NCBI GenBank assembly: GCA_963932905.1
Contig: CAWVRN010000005.1
Coordinates: 1-64,000 of the forward strand
Reading direction: 5' to 3'
DNA: 64,000 nt
Source: an uncultured Bdellovibrio sp.
Lineage (GTDB): Bacteria; Bdellovibrionota; Bdellovibrionia; Bdellovibrionales; Bdellovibrionaceae
Under the pieces are notes generated by a model. That model was not told where the DNA came from. It ran no database searches and was given only the letters and a program-made list of their open reading frames with translations. Position numbers and translations under genes: made by a program. Below, piece by piece: positions 9,746 through 18,957 of the stretch; the first letter of the stretch is position 1; the number at the start of each line of letters is the position of its first letter.

Positions 9746-11060
9746 ATTAATGTCTCAAGAAAAAGATACTGATGTTGCTAAGTTTTTAAATAGTCAGGGG
9801 GCCTTGGTCGTAGAGCCATCTAGTGCCTTTTTTTCTGTGATTCAAGCGTGTTTGGTTGGTTTTGGAATGGATTCAAAAAAAATCATCATGGCCAACACTT
9901 ATAAAGATGCCGTTGTTCTTTTGAAAGAGCAAAAACCCAGAATATTAATCACAGAATATCTGGTTGGAAAAAATTTTGGTCTTTCATTGATTGATATGCA
10001 TGATGAAATGTACGATTCGTTTTCTCGTATTGGTATTGTGGTGACCAAAGAATCTTCAGACAATGCGGTGGCCGAAGCCGCCGAAGAACAATTAGATGCA
10101 TTTATCGTTAAACCCTTCTCGGGCGCTGACTTTCAAAAGCGATTTATCGAGGTTGTGAAACGTAAAATGTATCCGTCTGAATATTTAAATAAAATTCGAG
10201 ATGGAAAAGAAAAATTAAAGACTAAGTTATATGACCAAGCCATTCAGTTTTTTACTGAAGCCAAAAACCTGAGTCCTGCACCGACACTAGCACATTACTA
10301 TTTAGGTGAATGCTATTTACAAACAAATGAGCTTACAAAAGCCCGCGTGGAATTTGCAGACGGGCGAAAACATAACAGTCTTCACTATAAATGCCTAATG
10401 GGTGAATTTGACTGTCTGATGCACGAGAAAAATTACAAGGCAGCCTATGGATTGGTAGAACTTATCCGTAAACACTATCCGGTAACTTCCGCACGATTGG
10501 GTAAGTTTTTTATTGCCGCTGTTTACACCGAAAATTTTAACGATATGGCTGCCTATTACGAGATGTACGTCAATTTAGATTTCCGTCCGCAAGAACTAGT
10601 GAGCTTGGTTGCCTTGGCATTGTTGACTGCCGGTCGATTCTATTTGCGTAGTAAAGATAGCGACAATGCCGTTAAAAATTTTGAGTTAGCTGCCAACGTC
10701 ACTGGTCGTAATGTTGAAACGTTAGAAAAAGTGATCGACGAATGGCTAAAGGTTCAAGATATCAACATGGCTGAACGATTCTTCAAAATGATTCGTGGAG
10801 ACGATGTTGGCAGCACCAAATATATCCAACTCAATTTTAAAATTGGCGTGAATCTGATTTCTGCCGATGCCGCCCTTGAAATGGGACGTAAAATTATCGT
10901 AGAGGGGAAAAGCACTCCTGAGATGACTAAGAAAGTTGTTAAAATGGCTTTGGATGCAGGTAAGGTAACCTTAGCAGAGTCCTTGATTATCAAAGGATCA
11001 CAAGCGCACCCCGAAATTCGCAAAGAGTTGTATGACCTACTTGACCGGCAGACGGAATAA
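9735..11060 (+). CDS. Atypical receiver domain plus TPR-repeat protein
   Basis: N-terminal receiver-like fold (ALVVE...ILITEY...FIVKPF) followed by TPR-like helices (AHYYLGECY). Confidence 0.75.
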   Translation: MKIKLMSQEKDTDVAKFLNSQGALVVEPSSAFFSVIQACLVGFGMDSKKIIMANTYKDAVVLLKEQKPRILITEYLVGKNFGLSLIDMHDEMYDSFSRIGIVVTKESSDNAVAEAAEEQLDAFIVKPFSGADFQKRFIEVVKRKMYPSEYLNKIRDGKEKLKTKLYDQAIQFFTEAKNLSPAPTLAHYYLGECYLQTNELTKARVEFADGRKHNSLHYKCLMGEFDCLMHEKNYKAAYGLVELIRKHYPVTSARLGKFFIAAVYTENFNDMAAYYEMYVNLDFRPQELVSLVALALLTAGRFYLRSKDSDNAVKNFELAANVTGRNVETLEKVIDEWLKVQDINMAERFFKMIRGDDVGSTKYIQLNFKIGVNLISADAALEMGRKIIVEGKSTPEMTKKVVKMALDAGKVTLAESLIIKGSQAHPEIRKELYDLLDRQTE

Positions 11061-11570
11061 GTAGGACGTCGTCATGGTTTGTTCATCAATACGGTGATAA
11101 ACTTCGATAACGTCTTCGGGCGGAGTTAAGCCTTTTTCAATAAAATGTTGACGTGCTTTTTTGTAGACCTTCATTGGCCCAATCGCGGGAGATCCCAAAA
11201 ATTCAGCGACAACATATTTTCCCGCCGGAAGTGTTTTAGTTTTAAAATTTTCAGGTAAGTCAGGTTTGACTTGGTCAACTACGCAGCCGACATCGGACCT
11301 TAATCGTTCATGCTCAACTACTTCAGGATCATCTAAAAAATGACCAAAACTTTTCGAACAGTCGACATGGTTCTGTTTCGCCCAAGCTTCTACTTTTTCT
11401 AGAGCATCTAGAATTTTGTGGTAGGGACCGACGTGTTCTAGGTACACCAAATGCATTTCGGGAACATCTTTTTCTTCGATGTTAACGTCTTTAAAGAAGC
11501 CTAGTTTGATAGAAGCCCAGCCCAAGATTCCGAAAGCAAATAAGGCAACTCCAAGAAATACATTTTTCAT
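11037..11570 (-). CDS. GyrI-like small-molecule-binding domain protein with N-terminal membrane anchor
   Basis: HVGPYHKI, DDPEVVEHERLRSDVG, LPAGKYVVAEF and IEVYH; start taken at MKNVFLG. Confidence 0.8.
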   Translation of the reverse strand: MKNVFLGVALFAFGILGWASIKLGFFKDVNIEEKDVPEMHLVYLEHVGPYHKILDALEKVEAWAKQNHVDCSKSFGHFLDDPEVVEHERLRSDVGCVVDQVKPDLPENFKTKTLPAGKYVVAEFLGSPAIGPMKVYKKARQHFIEKGLTPPEDVIEVYHRIDEQTMTTSYLFRLPVK

Positions 11571-11571
11571 T

Positions 11572-12123
11572 TTATTTTTTCCATTTGATAGAGCAGCCCA
11601 TTGACGGAGTTTGACCCTTGGGGAATTCATCACTCACTAACAAAGATTCGACCGCTTGTAGTAATTCACGACGAGTTACCTTTTCTGGCTCTTTCCAGTT
11701 GTCATCTAGTCGGCCACGATAGGCTAACTGAGATTTTTTATTATAGACAAAGAAATCTGGGGTGCAAACGGCCCCAAATGTTTTCGCTACGGATTGGGAT
11801 TCGTCGTACAAGTAAGGAAAAGGGTAGTTTTTGAAATCCGCACGTTTTTTTAATTCCAAGAACGAATCGTCCGGGTAGGTGTTGGCATCGTTTGAACTGA
11901 TGGCAACGACCGATATGTTTTTCATTTTCAATTCATTGCCCAGTACAATCAAACGGTCTTCAATGGCTTTAACATACGGACAATGATTGCAAATAAACAT
12001 GATGACGAATGGATTGCCATTCGTGAAGTTTTTCAGTGAATAAGATTTTCCATCAGTTCCAGGCAAATGGAAATCGGGGCACGCGGCGCCTAACTCATCT
12101 GCCGGTGTATAGGTAAGAGCCAT
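11572..12123 (-). CDS. Thioredoxin-fold AhpC/TSA family protein
   Basis: CNHCPYV, AVCTPDFF, YRGRLDD and SMGCSIKWK. Confidence 0.92.
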   Translation of the reverse strand: MALTYTPADELGAACPDFHLPGTDGKSYSLKNFTNGNPFVIMFICNHCPYVKAIEDRLIVLGNELKMKNISVVAISSNDANTYPDDSFLELKKRADFKNYPFPYLYDESQSVAKTFGAVCTPDFFVYNKKSQLAYRGRLDDNWKEPEKVTRRELLQAVESLLVSDEFPKGQTPSMGCSIKWKK

Positions 12124-12135
12124 ATCGTTCTCCTT

Positions 12136-12876
12136 TTACAGTTGATTCCATGGCGTCGTTTTTCCGCCCGCGATTAAATCACCATCTGGTGAAATATCGT
12201 CGTACTTAGTCTTCAGAAGGACATATTTATTTAAAGCATTTTTTAAATTTTCGCGGTCTGTAGTACTAAGTTCTTCGCCTGCAAGTTGTGCGGCTTCAGT
12301 GAGTTCAAAAAAGAAACGCTCTAAAAAACGGACCCAGTCTGTGCCCAGCAATGGGCAGTTTTTTGGCATTTCGCCGACGAGGCTGGTTGCATTTGGAATG
12401 TCTTGAGGTTTTCTTAGAACATTCAATCCCAAACCAATAAATGTACTGATTTCATTTCCTTGAGTGATCGTTTCAATTAATAGCCCAGCACATTTTTTAT
12501 CACCGATGTAAATATCGTTAGGTGCTTTGAGTGCAAAAGGAATATAGAACCACGTGCTTTGTAAAGCACGCAGCAGAGCCATGCCTACACGTGATGGAAA
12601 CGTAACATGAGGATTGTCATTTAAATAAAAACACCAAGTACTCAGCAACGCCGCGCCCTTGGCAGTTGTCCATGTGTTCTGTCCGCGGCCGCGGCCTAGA
12701 GTCTGCTGGTCTGTTAAATACAACATGAAATCATTTTCAGCCAAGCCTTGCTCTTTGGCCTGGGAATTCGTGCTAGCGATGGATTCTTTGTAAAAACATG
12801 GGATTTGTGAATTCTGTGCCCATGCATAAGTCATCTTGCCGATTAAAATATCGTCCAACGGAGATTCAGAGTCCAT
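12136..12876 (-). CDS. birA: Biotin-protein ligase without N-terminal HTH
   Basis: STN, QTLGRGRG, KAPND, KCAGLLIE and IGLGLNV motifs. Confidence 0.88.
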   Translation of the reverse strand: MDSESPLDDILIGKMTYAWAQNSQIPCFYKESIASTNSQAKEQGLAENDFMLYLTDQQTLGRGRGQNTWTTAKGAALLSTWCFYLNDNPHVTFPSRVGMALLRALQSTWFYIPFALKAPNDIYIGDKKCAGLLIETITQGNEISTFIGLGLNVLRKPQDIPNATSLVGEMPKNCPLLGTDWVRFLERFFFELTEAAQLAGEELSTTDRENLKNALNKYVLLKTKYDDISPDGDLIAGGKTTPWNQL

Positions 12877-12885
12877 GTGTCGTCC

Positions 12886-13713
12886 TTATTTTTTTTGCCA
12901 ATCGAATTGCAAGCTAACATCAGCAACGGGAGCCGAGTGAGTCAAAGCACCAACGGATATAAAATCTACTCCAGTTTTCGCTACCTCAGGAACACGAGCT
13001 AGGCTCATGTTGCCGCTAGCCTCTGTTTCGATGGTGTCCGGAATAATCGCGCACGCATCAGCTAACAATTGTGTATTCATATTGTCTAAAAGAATGCGTT
13101 TTACTTTCATTTCTACCGCTATTTTCACTTCGTCCAAAGTGCTAGCTTCGACTTCAATATCTAAGTCGGTATTTTTTCGAGTGCGTTCAACAGCGGCTTT
13201 GATCCCGCCCATCATTGCGATGTGGTTGTCTTTGATAAGAATGGCTGTCGATAAATTCATACGATGATTTACACCGCCACCATGAACAACGGCTTTCTTT
13301 TCGATGTCGCGGTAGCCAGGCAATGTTTTACGAGTGTCTAAAATGCGCGTTTTTGTACCCGCAACAGCGTCTACAAATCGACGTGTATAAGTTGCGATGC
13401 CAGATAAGTGACCTAAGAAATTTAAAGCGACGCGCTCTGCTTTTAGGATTTGGATCAAATCGCCCTCAAGTGAACAGATATTTTGTCCTTTAAGAACACG
13501 TTGACCTTCTTCAAAATGCCATTTTATTTTTCCATTCGGTTCTAGCATCAAGACAGTGCTTTCAAACGGAAGTAAACCGGACAAGATAATATCTTCTTTG
13601 GCTTTTAAAACCGCTTTGCCGATTTTTGGAGTTAATCCCAGAGAGTCCGTTGTTACGTCACCGTGGGGCATGTCTTCTTTGATAGCTGCTTTGATTAAAT
13701 CATTTAATAACAT
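12886..13713 (-). CDS. nadC: Nicotinate-nucleotide diphosphorylase (quinolinate phosphoribosyltransferase)
   Basis: AERVALNFL, DTRKT, HRMNLS, IKDNH and ISVGALTHS; start taken at MLLNDL. Confidence 0.95.
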   Translation of the reverse strand: MLLNDLIKAAIKEDMPHGDVTTDSLGLTPKIGKAVLKAKEDIILSGLLPFESTVLMLEPNGKIKWHFEEGQRVLKGQNICSLEGDLIQILKAERVALNFLGHLSGIATYTRRFVDAVAGTKTRILDTRKTLPGYRDIEKKAVVHGGGVNHRMNLSTAILIKDNHIAMMGGIKAAVERTRKNTDLDIEVEASTLDEVKIAVEMKVKRILLDNMNTQLLADACAIIPDTIETEASGNMSLARVPEVAKTGVDFISVGALTHSAPVADVSLQFDWQKK

Positions 13714-13824
13714 AGGTCCATTAATAGAGCCCAACACTTAATTAGTCTATTACTTTTTGAGTGTTTATCTTTGACCTGTAAGGCTTGGCACTACACAATT
13801 TGGTTTATTGCACCGGAGAGATTT

Positions 13825-14373
13825 ATGGGAAAAACATTTAAGATTATGACTATTTTAGCTGCCTTAGTCATAATCATTTTTGGCGCGATGGTTTATGTCG
13901 GGGTGCAAGCGGGTAAGCACCGTAATGCATACCAAGCTAAAGCGTTACAAGCGGAAGCTAAAATGATCCTGTTGCAAATTTTCATCAGTCAAAAGTCTTT
14001 CTGGGCTGAGCACGGTGTTTATACCTCTAGTGTGTTGGGTGGAGGCAAATCAACGCCAATTCAGTTGTCTCGCTATAAATTTGGATTTACTCAAGTCTTG
14101 CAGCCCGATGAAAAAATTAGAAACAGTATTTTAAACAGCTTTCCCGAATTTGATCCCACTAAAATCGATTCTAATAGTTTAGGATTGAGGCCTGCAAAAG
14201 AGGACATTCCTGATATCGATTTTCAAAAGATCGCGACCGGATATGGTTGCGTGGCGACGGCAAAGTCGTTTAAAGCCTGCGTTGTTGGCTATCCCGGTGA
14301 CGATGGTAGGGTCGATATTTGGACGATCGACGAAAACAAAACAATCGTAAATGTGAAAAGCGCGATCGAATAG
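13825..14373 (+). CDS. Type IV pilin-like protein without a canonical prepilin leader
   Basis: TM helix, then YQAKALQAEAKMILLQIFISQKSFWAEHGVY (deltaproteobacterial PilA alpha-helix pattern), YKFGF, a Cys pair and DIWTIDENK; SD GGAG before ATG 13825. Confidence 0.7.
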   Translation: MGKTFKIMTILAALVIIIFGAMVYVGVQAGKHRNAYQAKALQAEAKMILLQIFISQKSFWAEHGVYTSSVLGGGKSTPIQLSRYKFGFTQVLQPDEKIRNSILNSFPEFDPTKIDSNSLGLRPAKEDIPDIDFQKIATGYGCVATAKSFKACVVGYPGDDGRVDIWTIDENKTIVNVKSAIE

Positions 14374-14385
14374 TTTCGATTTTTT

Positions 14386-15423
14386 TTAAGGTTCTTGGAG
14401 TAATTTTTTGATTTCTTCGCGAACAATACGTTCTGTGATATCTGGCAACAATGACCACGCAATTTTTTCCGCAATCACACGAACTTCTTCACGGAAGATC
14501 TTTTCTTGTGTTTTAGCATCTAAAGGGATGCTAGATAAAGCGGGGACAGCGAATTCACTTTTAGTAGAACCCGTATTTGGAGTCATCGCCGATGGGTGAG
14601 TCTGTTTCCCCATATCCAATTCACCATTTTCCAATTCAGAATCCGAGAAAATAATTTCTTCGAAGTTATCGGTAATTTTGCGTTTCGCCTTCATCAGGTC
14701 TTCTTCTTCGATGACGTCCGATGTGGGCTGTTTTGGCGGGAATGTTTTATTAACGTGTTCAGATTGCCATTCTTCAGGGCCGTCTAATTCTGTGGCATCA
14801 TCGATGGCGGGCGCATTAAGCGGAATCGATTTATGCAAAGGAACCTGTGCGAATTCTTCACTATCTTCCGTTAATTGCAGTTCATCGGGCAAGATTGAAT
14901 CATCGATAACGTAGTCGTTGCTCTGTGTTGGAATGTTAAAGTTAGGAATTTTCGGTGGTGTTAAATTGGTGCGCTGGTTACCAGATTCTTTGCGATAGTC
15001 TTTGATTGAGTCGATCTCATCAAAATTCAAAAATGAACTGATAGGGTGGCTGACTGTTTTAGGGCTTAGTTCTTGGATGATGGACCGTAATGTTTCTACC
15101 TCGAACGGTTTTTCCAAGCGTTTGTTGGCACCAGAATCTTTGGCTTTGGCTTCATCAATGCCCATAAGTGAGTTCCACAACAGAACAACTGGGATTTTGC
15201 TTAATTCTGGGTCTTTTTTTAGATCACGAGCGACTTCGTAACCTGACTTTTTAACAAGCAGCACGTCGACGAAAATAACATCAGGCTGGAAAACTTTGGC
15301 GATCGGCATGACATCTATGCCAACAGGCACGGCCTTAACTTCAACCGAGTAGTCTTGTAGAGCTAACTGAATTACTTTTTTAATCGTTGGACTCTCATCG
15401 GCCAACAAGACGCGCAAAGCCAT
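14386..15423 (-). CDS. romR: RomR-like polarity response regulator
   Basis: N-terminal receiver, acidic/Pro-rich linker and C-terminal EKIAWSLLPDITERIVREEIKKLL helix characteristic of RomR. Confidence 0.82.
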   Translation of the reverse strand: MALRVLLADESPTIKKVIQLALQDYSVEVKAVPVGIDVMPIAKVFQPDVIFVDVLLVKKSGYEVARDLKKDPELSKIPVVLLWNSLMGIDEAKAKDSGANKRLEKPFEVETLRSIIQELSPKTVSHPISSFLNFDEIDSIKDYRKESGNQRTNLTPPKIPNFNIPTQSNDYVIDDSILPDELQLTEDSEEFAQVPLHKSIPLNAPAIDDATELDGPEEWQSEHVNKTFPPKQPTSDVIEEEDLMKAKRKITDNFEEIIFSDSELENGELDMGKQTHPSAMTPNTGSTKSEFAVPALSSIPLDAKTQEKIFREEVRVIAEKIAWSLLPDITERIVREEIKKLLQEP

Positions 15424-15472
15424 GTATCAAGTAAATAAGGATTTTTTTAGTGAGTCAAGCCATAATCAGCGA

Positions 15473-16624
15473 GTGGTACGCATTGATCGATACATCGCTA
15501 AAAATTTTATTGGTTTTTTTCTAGGGGGTATCCTAGTTTTTTTGACTGTGTTTCTGGCTATTGACGTACTTTCTACGTATGTCAGCTACCCTTCGGCGAC
15601 TGCGGATACCTTGATTAAATATTATTTACTGTATCTCCCAGACCTGTTTCAGAAAATGATCCCGGTTTCCTGTTTATTAGGCACTATTTTATGTCTTTCG
15701 AGCATGAATAAATCGAACGAACTGATCGCTCTTTTTGCGGCTGGCTATAGTTTGCTTCGGATTTCTATGCCGATTCTGGTTCTGGTGACGTTTCTTTCGG
15801 GTTTAAGCTTTGTGCTGAGTGATCGCATTATTCCGTCGCTAAATCGCCAAAAGAATTACATTTACTATCACGACATCAAGAAAAACCCAGGCATGTTTTC
15901 GATCGTGAAGACCAATCGTATCTGGTATCGTTCAAAAAACGAAATTTTCAATATCAAAACATTGAATATCGAGGGAACAAAGGCTCAGGGGCTAACTCTT
16001 TATACCTTTGACGACAATTGGAATTTGCAACGAATGATCACTGCGGATGATGTGGATTTAAAAGCTGAGGGGCAACCATCGGCGCCGGTCATGCCAGCTA
16101 AGTCTGATGAGGGGGCTCCCGTGTCTCGCCGGGATCAATACCAATGGGCTTTGAAAAATGGGACTGTGACTGTGTTTTACAAAGACTCCAATTTCCCACT
16201 GACGTCGACGTTCAAGAACAAAACCATCGTGATGAACGAAGAGGCGCAAGATTTACAGAGTAGCGGACAAACTTCGGAAATGTTAACTCAGAAAGAACTA
16301 TCTAAATTCATTGAAAAAAATAAAGAGGCCGGCCTGGATACTATTCGATATGAGGTCGACTATCAGGCTAAAATCGCCTTCGCATTTGCAGGATTAGTGA
16401 TGACGATGCTGGGAATCCCTTTTAGCGTCTCTCGAGGCCGTTCTGGTGGTGTCATGCTACAGATTGGTATCTGTATTGGGCTTGTGTTTTTATATTGGAT
16501 CTTTTATAACTCGTGCATCACGCTCGGTAATCACGGCCATTTACCGCCTGTTATGGCGGCCTGGATCCCGAACTTGGCAATGATCGGCCTCGGTTTTGTG
16601 CTGATCTCTAAAACGAAGAAGTAG
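15473..16624 (+). CDS. lptG: LPS export ABC transporter permease (LptF/LptG family)
   Basis: RIDRYI start, SNELIALFAAGYS, periplasmic beta-jellyroll and LPPVMAAWIPN; start taken at GTG 15473. LptG versus LptF is less certain. Confidence 0.85.
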   Translation: MVRIDRYIAKNFIGFFLGGILVFLTVFLAIDVLSTYVSYPSATADTLIKYYLLYLPDLFQKMIPVSCLLGTILCLSSMNKSNELIALFAAGYSLLRISMPILVLVTFLSGLSFVLSDRIIPSLNRQKNYIYYHDIKKNPGMFSIVKTNRIWYRSKNEIFNIKTLNIEGTKAQGLTLYTFDDNWNLQRMITADDVDLKAEGQPSAPVMPAKSDEGAPVSRRDQYQWALKNGTVTVFYKDSNFPLTSTFKNKTIVMNEEAQDLQSSGQTSEMLTQKELSKFIEKNKEAGLDTIRYEVDYQAKIAFAFAGLVMTMLGIPFSVSRGRSGGVMLQIGICIGLVFLYWIFYNSCITLGNHGHLPPVMAAWIPNLAMIGLGFVLISKTKK

Positions 16625-16645
16625 ATTTTTTTCAAAGGGAAACAT

Positions 16646-17233
16646 ATGGGCATCATGGAAATTTTAACTTACCCGAATCCAAGATTACGGGAAGTTTCGA
16701 CTCCAGTGGAAGTCTTCGACGCTAAATTAAAAAAACTGACGGATGATATGATTGAAACTATGTACCACGCGCACGGTATTGGTTTAGCCGCCCCTCAAGT
16801 GGGTGTTCTGCAACGTGTGGTTGTGATCGATACACGCCCTAAAAATGAAGAAGGCAGCCGTTACGAAATTGAAGAAATGGGTGAACTTGAACGCAAAGTG
16901 CCTCAGCCCTTAATTTTGATCAACCCACGCGTTATTGGTGGCGTTGGCTCAACAACCTTTGATGAGGGGTGCCTAAGTGTCCCGTCGTTTTATGAAACAG
17001 TGGAACGTAAAGAAGTCATCGAAGTGGAAACATATGATTTGTCAGGCAAGAAGTACACGTTCAAAACGGATGGATTGCTGGCGATCTGTATCCAGCATGA
17101 ACTGGATCACTTAGAGGGTAAACTATTCATCGATCGTATTAGCTTTTTGAAGAGCAAAAAAATCAAAAATGAAATTCAAAAGCATGGTTACCCGAAAAAA
17201 GATAAAAAAGAAAAATCAGAAGCGAAAAAATAA
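16646..17233 (+). CDS. def: Peptide deformylase
   Basis: GIGLAAPQ, EGCLS and QHELDH motifs. Confidence 0.97.
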   Translation: MGIMEILTYPNPRLREVSTPVEVFDAKLKKLTDDMIETMYHAHGIGLAAPQVGVLQRVVVIDTRPKNEEGSRYEIEEMGELERKVPQPLILINPRVIGGVGSTTFDEGCLSVPSFYETVERKEVIEVETYDLSGKKYTFKTDGLLAICIQHELDHLEGKLFIDRISFLKSKKIKNEIQKHGYPKKDKKEKSEAKK

Positions 17234-17241
17234 GGTAGGAA

Positions 17242-18195
17242 GTGAAAACACTTAAAGTCTGTTTTTTAGGAACACCTGAATTCGCAGCCACCAGTTTGAA
17301 ATACATACTGAGTGATCCCTATTATCAAGTTGTCGGCGTTGTAACTCAACCGGATCGTCCCGCGGGACGCAAACTTCAACTGACACCCAGTGAAGTGAAA
17401 GTGTTGGCGTTAGAGCATGGTTTACCGGTTTTAACTCCGGAAAATTTGCGTAAACAACCAGAAATGCTTGAACAAATCAAATCGTGGAAAGCCGACCTGG
17501 CGATCGTGGTGGCTTTCGGGCAAATTTTGAATGATGAATTCCTCAACAGTTTTGAATTTGGTGCTGTAAACATTCACGGATCATTGCTGCCGTTATGGCG
17601 AGGTGCTGCTCCGATTCAGCGTTCGCTTCAGGCCGGCGATACAGAAACAGGGGTTGCGTTGCAGAAAGTAGTCAAGCAGCTCGATGCCGGCGGCGTCATC
17701 GGTGTTCGTAAAATCGAAGTGCAAGATGATTGGAACGCAAATTTCATGTACGCCAAGTTGGCTGAAATGGGAACTGAACTTTTGCAACGTGATTTAAAAG
17801 ATTACGTCAGCGGTAATTTGATCCCTGTCAAACAAGATGAATCGCTGGTGACCATCGCTAAGAAAATTGATAAATCAGAATCAGAAATTAACTGGCAGTT
17901 ATCCAGCGAAAACATTCACAATCAGGTCCGTGCGTTTTCCATGGGACCAGGTTCATTCACGTGGCTTAACGGCAAAAAAGTTAAAATTCATAAAACTGCA
18001 GTACGCAGTTCCAGTGTTGTGGATCCAGCTAAAGTGGGCCACGTTTTAGGTATACACGCCGACAGTATTTCGGTTCAATGTGGCAAAGGCATCGTAGATT
18101 TATTAGAATTACAGCCGGAATCACGCAATCGTATGTCGGCTGCTGATTTTGTTAAAAGTACATCGTTAGATACAAAGGCCAGGTTTGGACAATGA
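17242..18195 (+). CDS. fmt: Methionyl-tRNA formyltransferase
   Basis: FLGTPEFA, VTQPDRPAGR and NIHGSLLPLWRGAAPIQ; follows def. Confidence 0.97.
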   Translation: MKTLKVCFLGTPEFAATSLKYILSDPYYQVVGVVTQPDRPAGRKLQLTPSEVKVLALEHGLPVLTPENLRKQPEMLEQIKSWKADLAIVVAFGQILNDEFLNSFEFGAVNIHGSLLPLWRGAAPIQRSLQAGDTETGVALQKVVKQLDAGGVIGVRKIEVQDDWNANFMYAKLAEMGTELLQRDLKDYVSGNLIPVKQDESLVTIAKKIDKSESEINWQLSSENIHNQVRAFSMGPGSFTWLNGKKVKIHKTAVRSSSVVDPAKVGHVLGIHADSISVQCGKGIVDLLELQPESRNRMSAADFVKSTSLDTKARFGQ

Positions 18196-18824
18196 AGAAA
18201 ATTTCTCCTAGTTTGTTAGCTGCTGATTTTGCCAATATCGAAAGCGAAGTAAAAAAAGTAACTCAGGCTGGTGCTGATTTTTTACATCTAGATATAATGG
18301 ACGGACACTTTGTTCCTAATTTAACGTTTGGTCCTCCGGTTGTGGCGGCCATCAAGAAAGTGGCAACGATCCCACTGGATGTTCACTTAATGATCGAAAC
18401 GCCTGAAAAATATGTAGATGAATTTATCAAAGCGGGTGCTGACTATTTAACAATCCATATAGAATCCACTGAACAAACGGGCCATATTTTAAAAAAAATT
18501 CGTGCGAGTGGAATTAAAAGTGGACTGACGTTGCGACCTCGTACAGCCATCGAGGCGATCAAAGAATTTTTACCTTTATGTGATCTGGTTTTAGTCATGA
18601 CGGTTGAACCCGGATTTGGTGGACAAAGTTTTATGATGGATCAGATTGCTAAGATCGATTGGCTTAAGAAACACCGCGAACAAAACAGTTTAAGCTACCT
18701 TATCGAGGTAGATGGCGGGATCAGCGATAAAACACGGGCTCATGTTGAAAATGCCGACGTTTTGGTAGCCGGTACGTATGTTTTTAAAAATGACTATGCG
18801 ACAGCTATTCGATCGTTACGTTAA
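18192..18824 (+). CDS. rpe: Ribulose-phosphate 3-epimerase
   Basis: HLDIMDGHFVPN, DVHLM, MTVEPGFGGQ and EVDGG. Confidence 0.97.
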   Translation: MKKISPSLLAADFANIESEVKKVTQAGADFLHLDIMDGHFVPNLTFGPPVVAAIKKVATIPLDVHLMIETPEKYVDEFIKAGADYLTIHIESTEQTGHILKKIRASGIKSGLTLRPRTAIEAIKEFLPLCDLVLVMTVEPGFGGQSFMMDQIAKIDWLKKHREQNSLSYLIEVDGGISDKTRAHVENADVLVAGTYVFKNDYATAIRSLR

Positions 18825-18957
18825 TGATCTAGGACCTAGACGAACTCTCGGCTTACAAGCAAATAACCTTTGAATAAAATGATAAACAAATTTAAATTTG
18901 GATGGACCAAGTCACATTCAAAATTTTGATGTCTATTGTTTATTGAGGATGGCTAGA

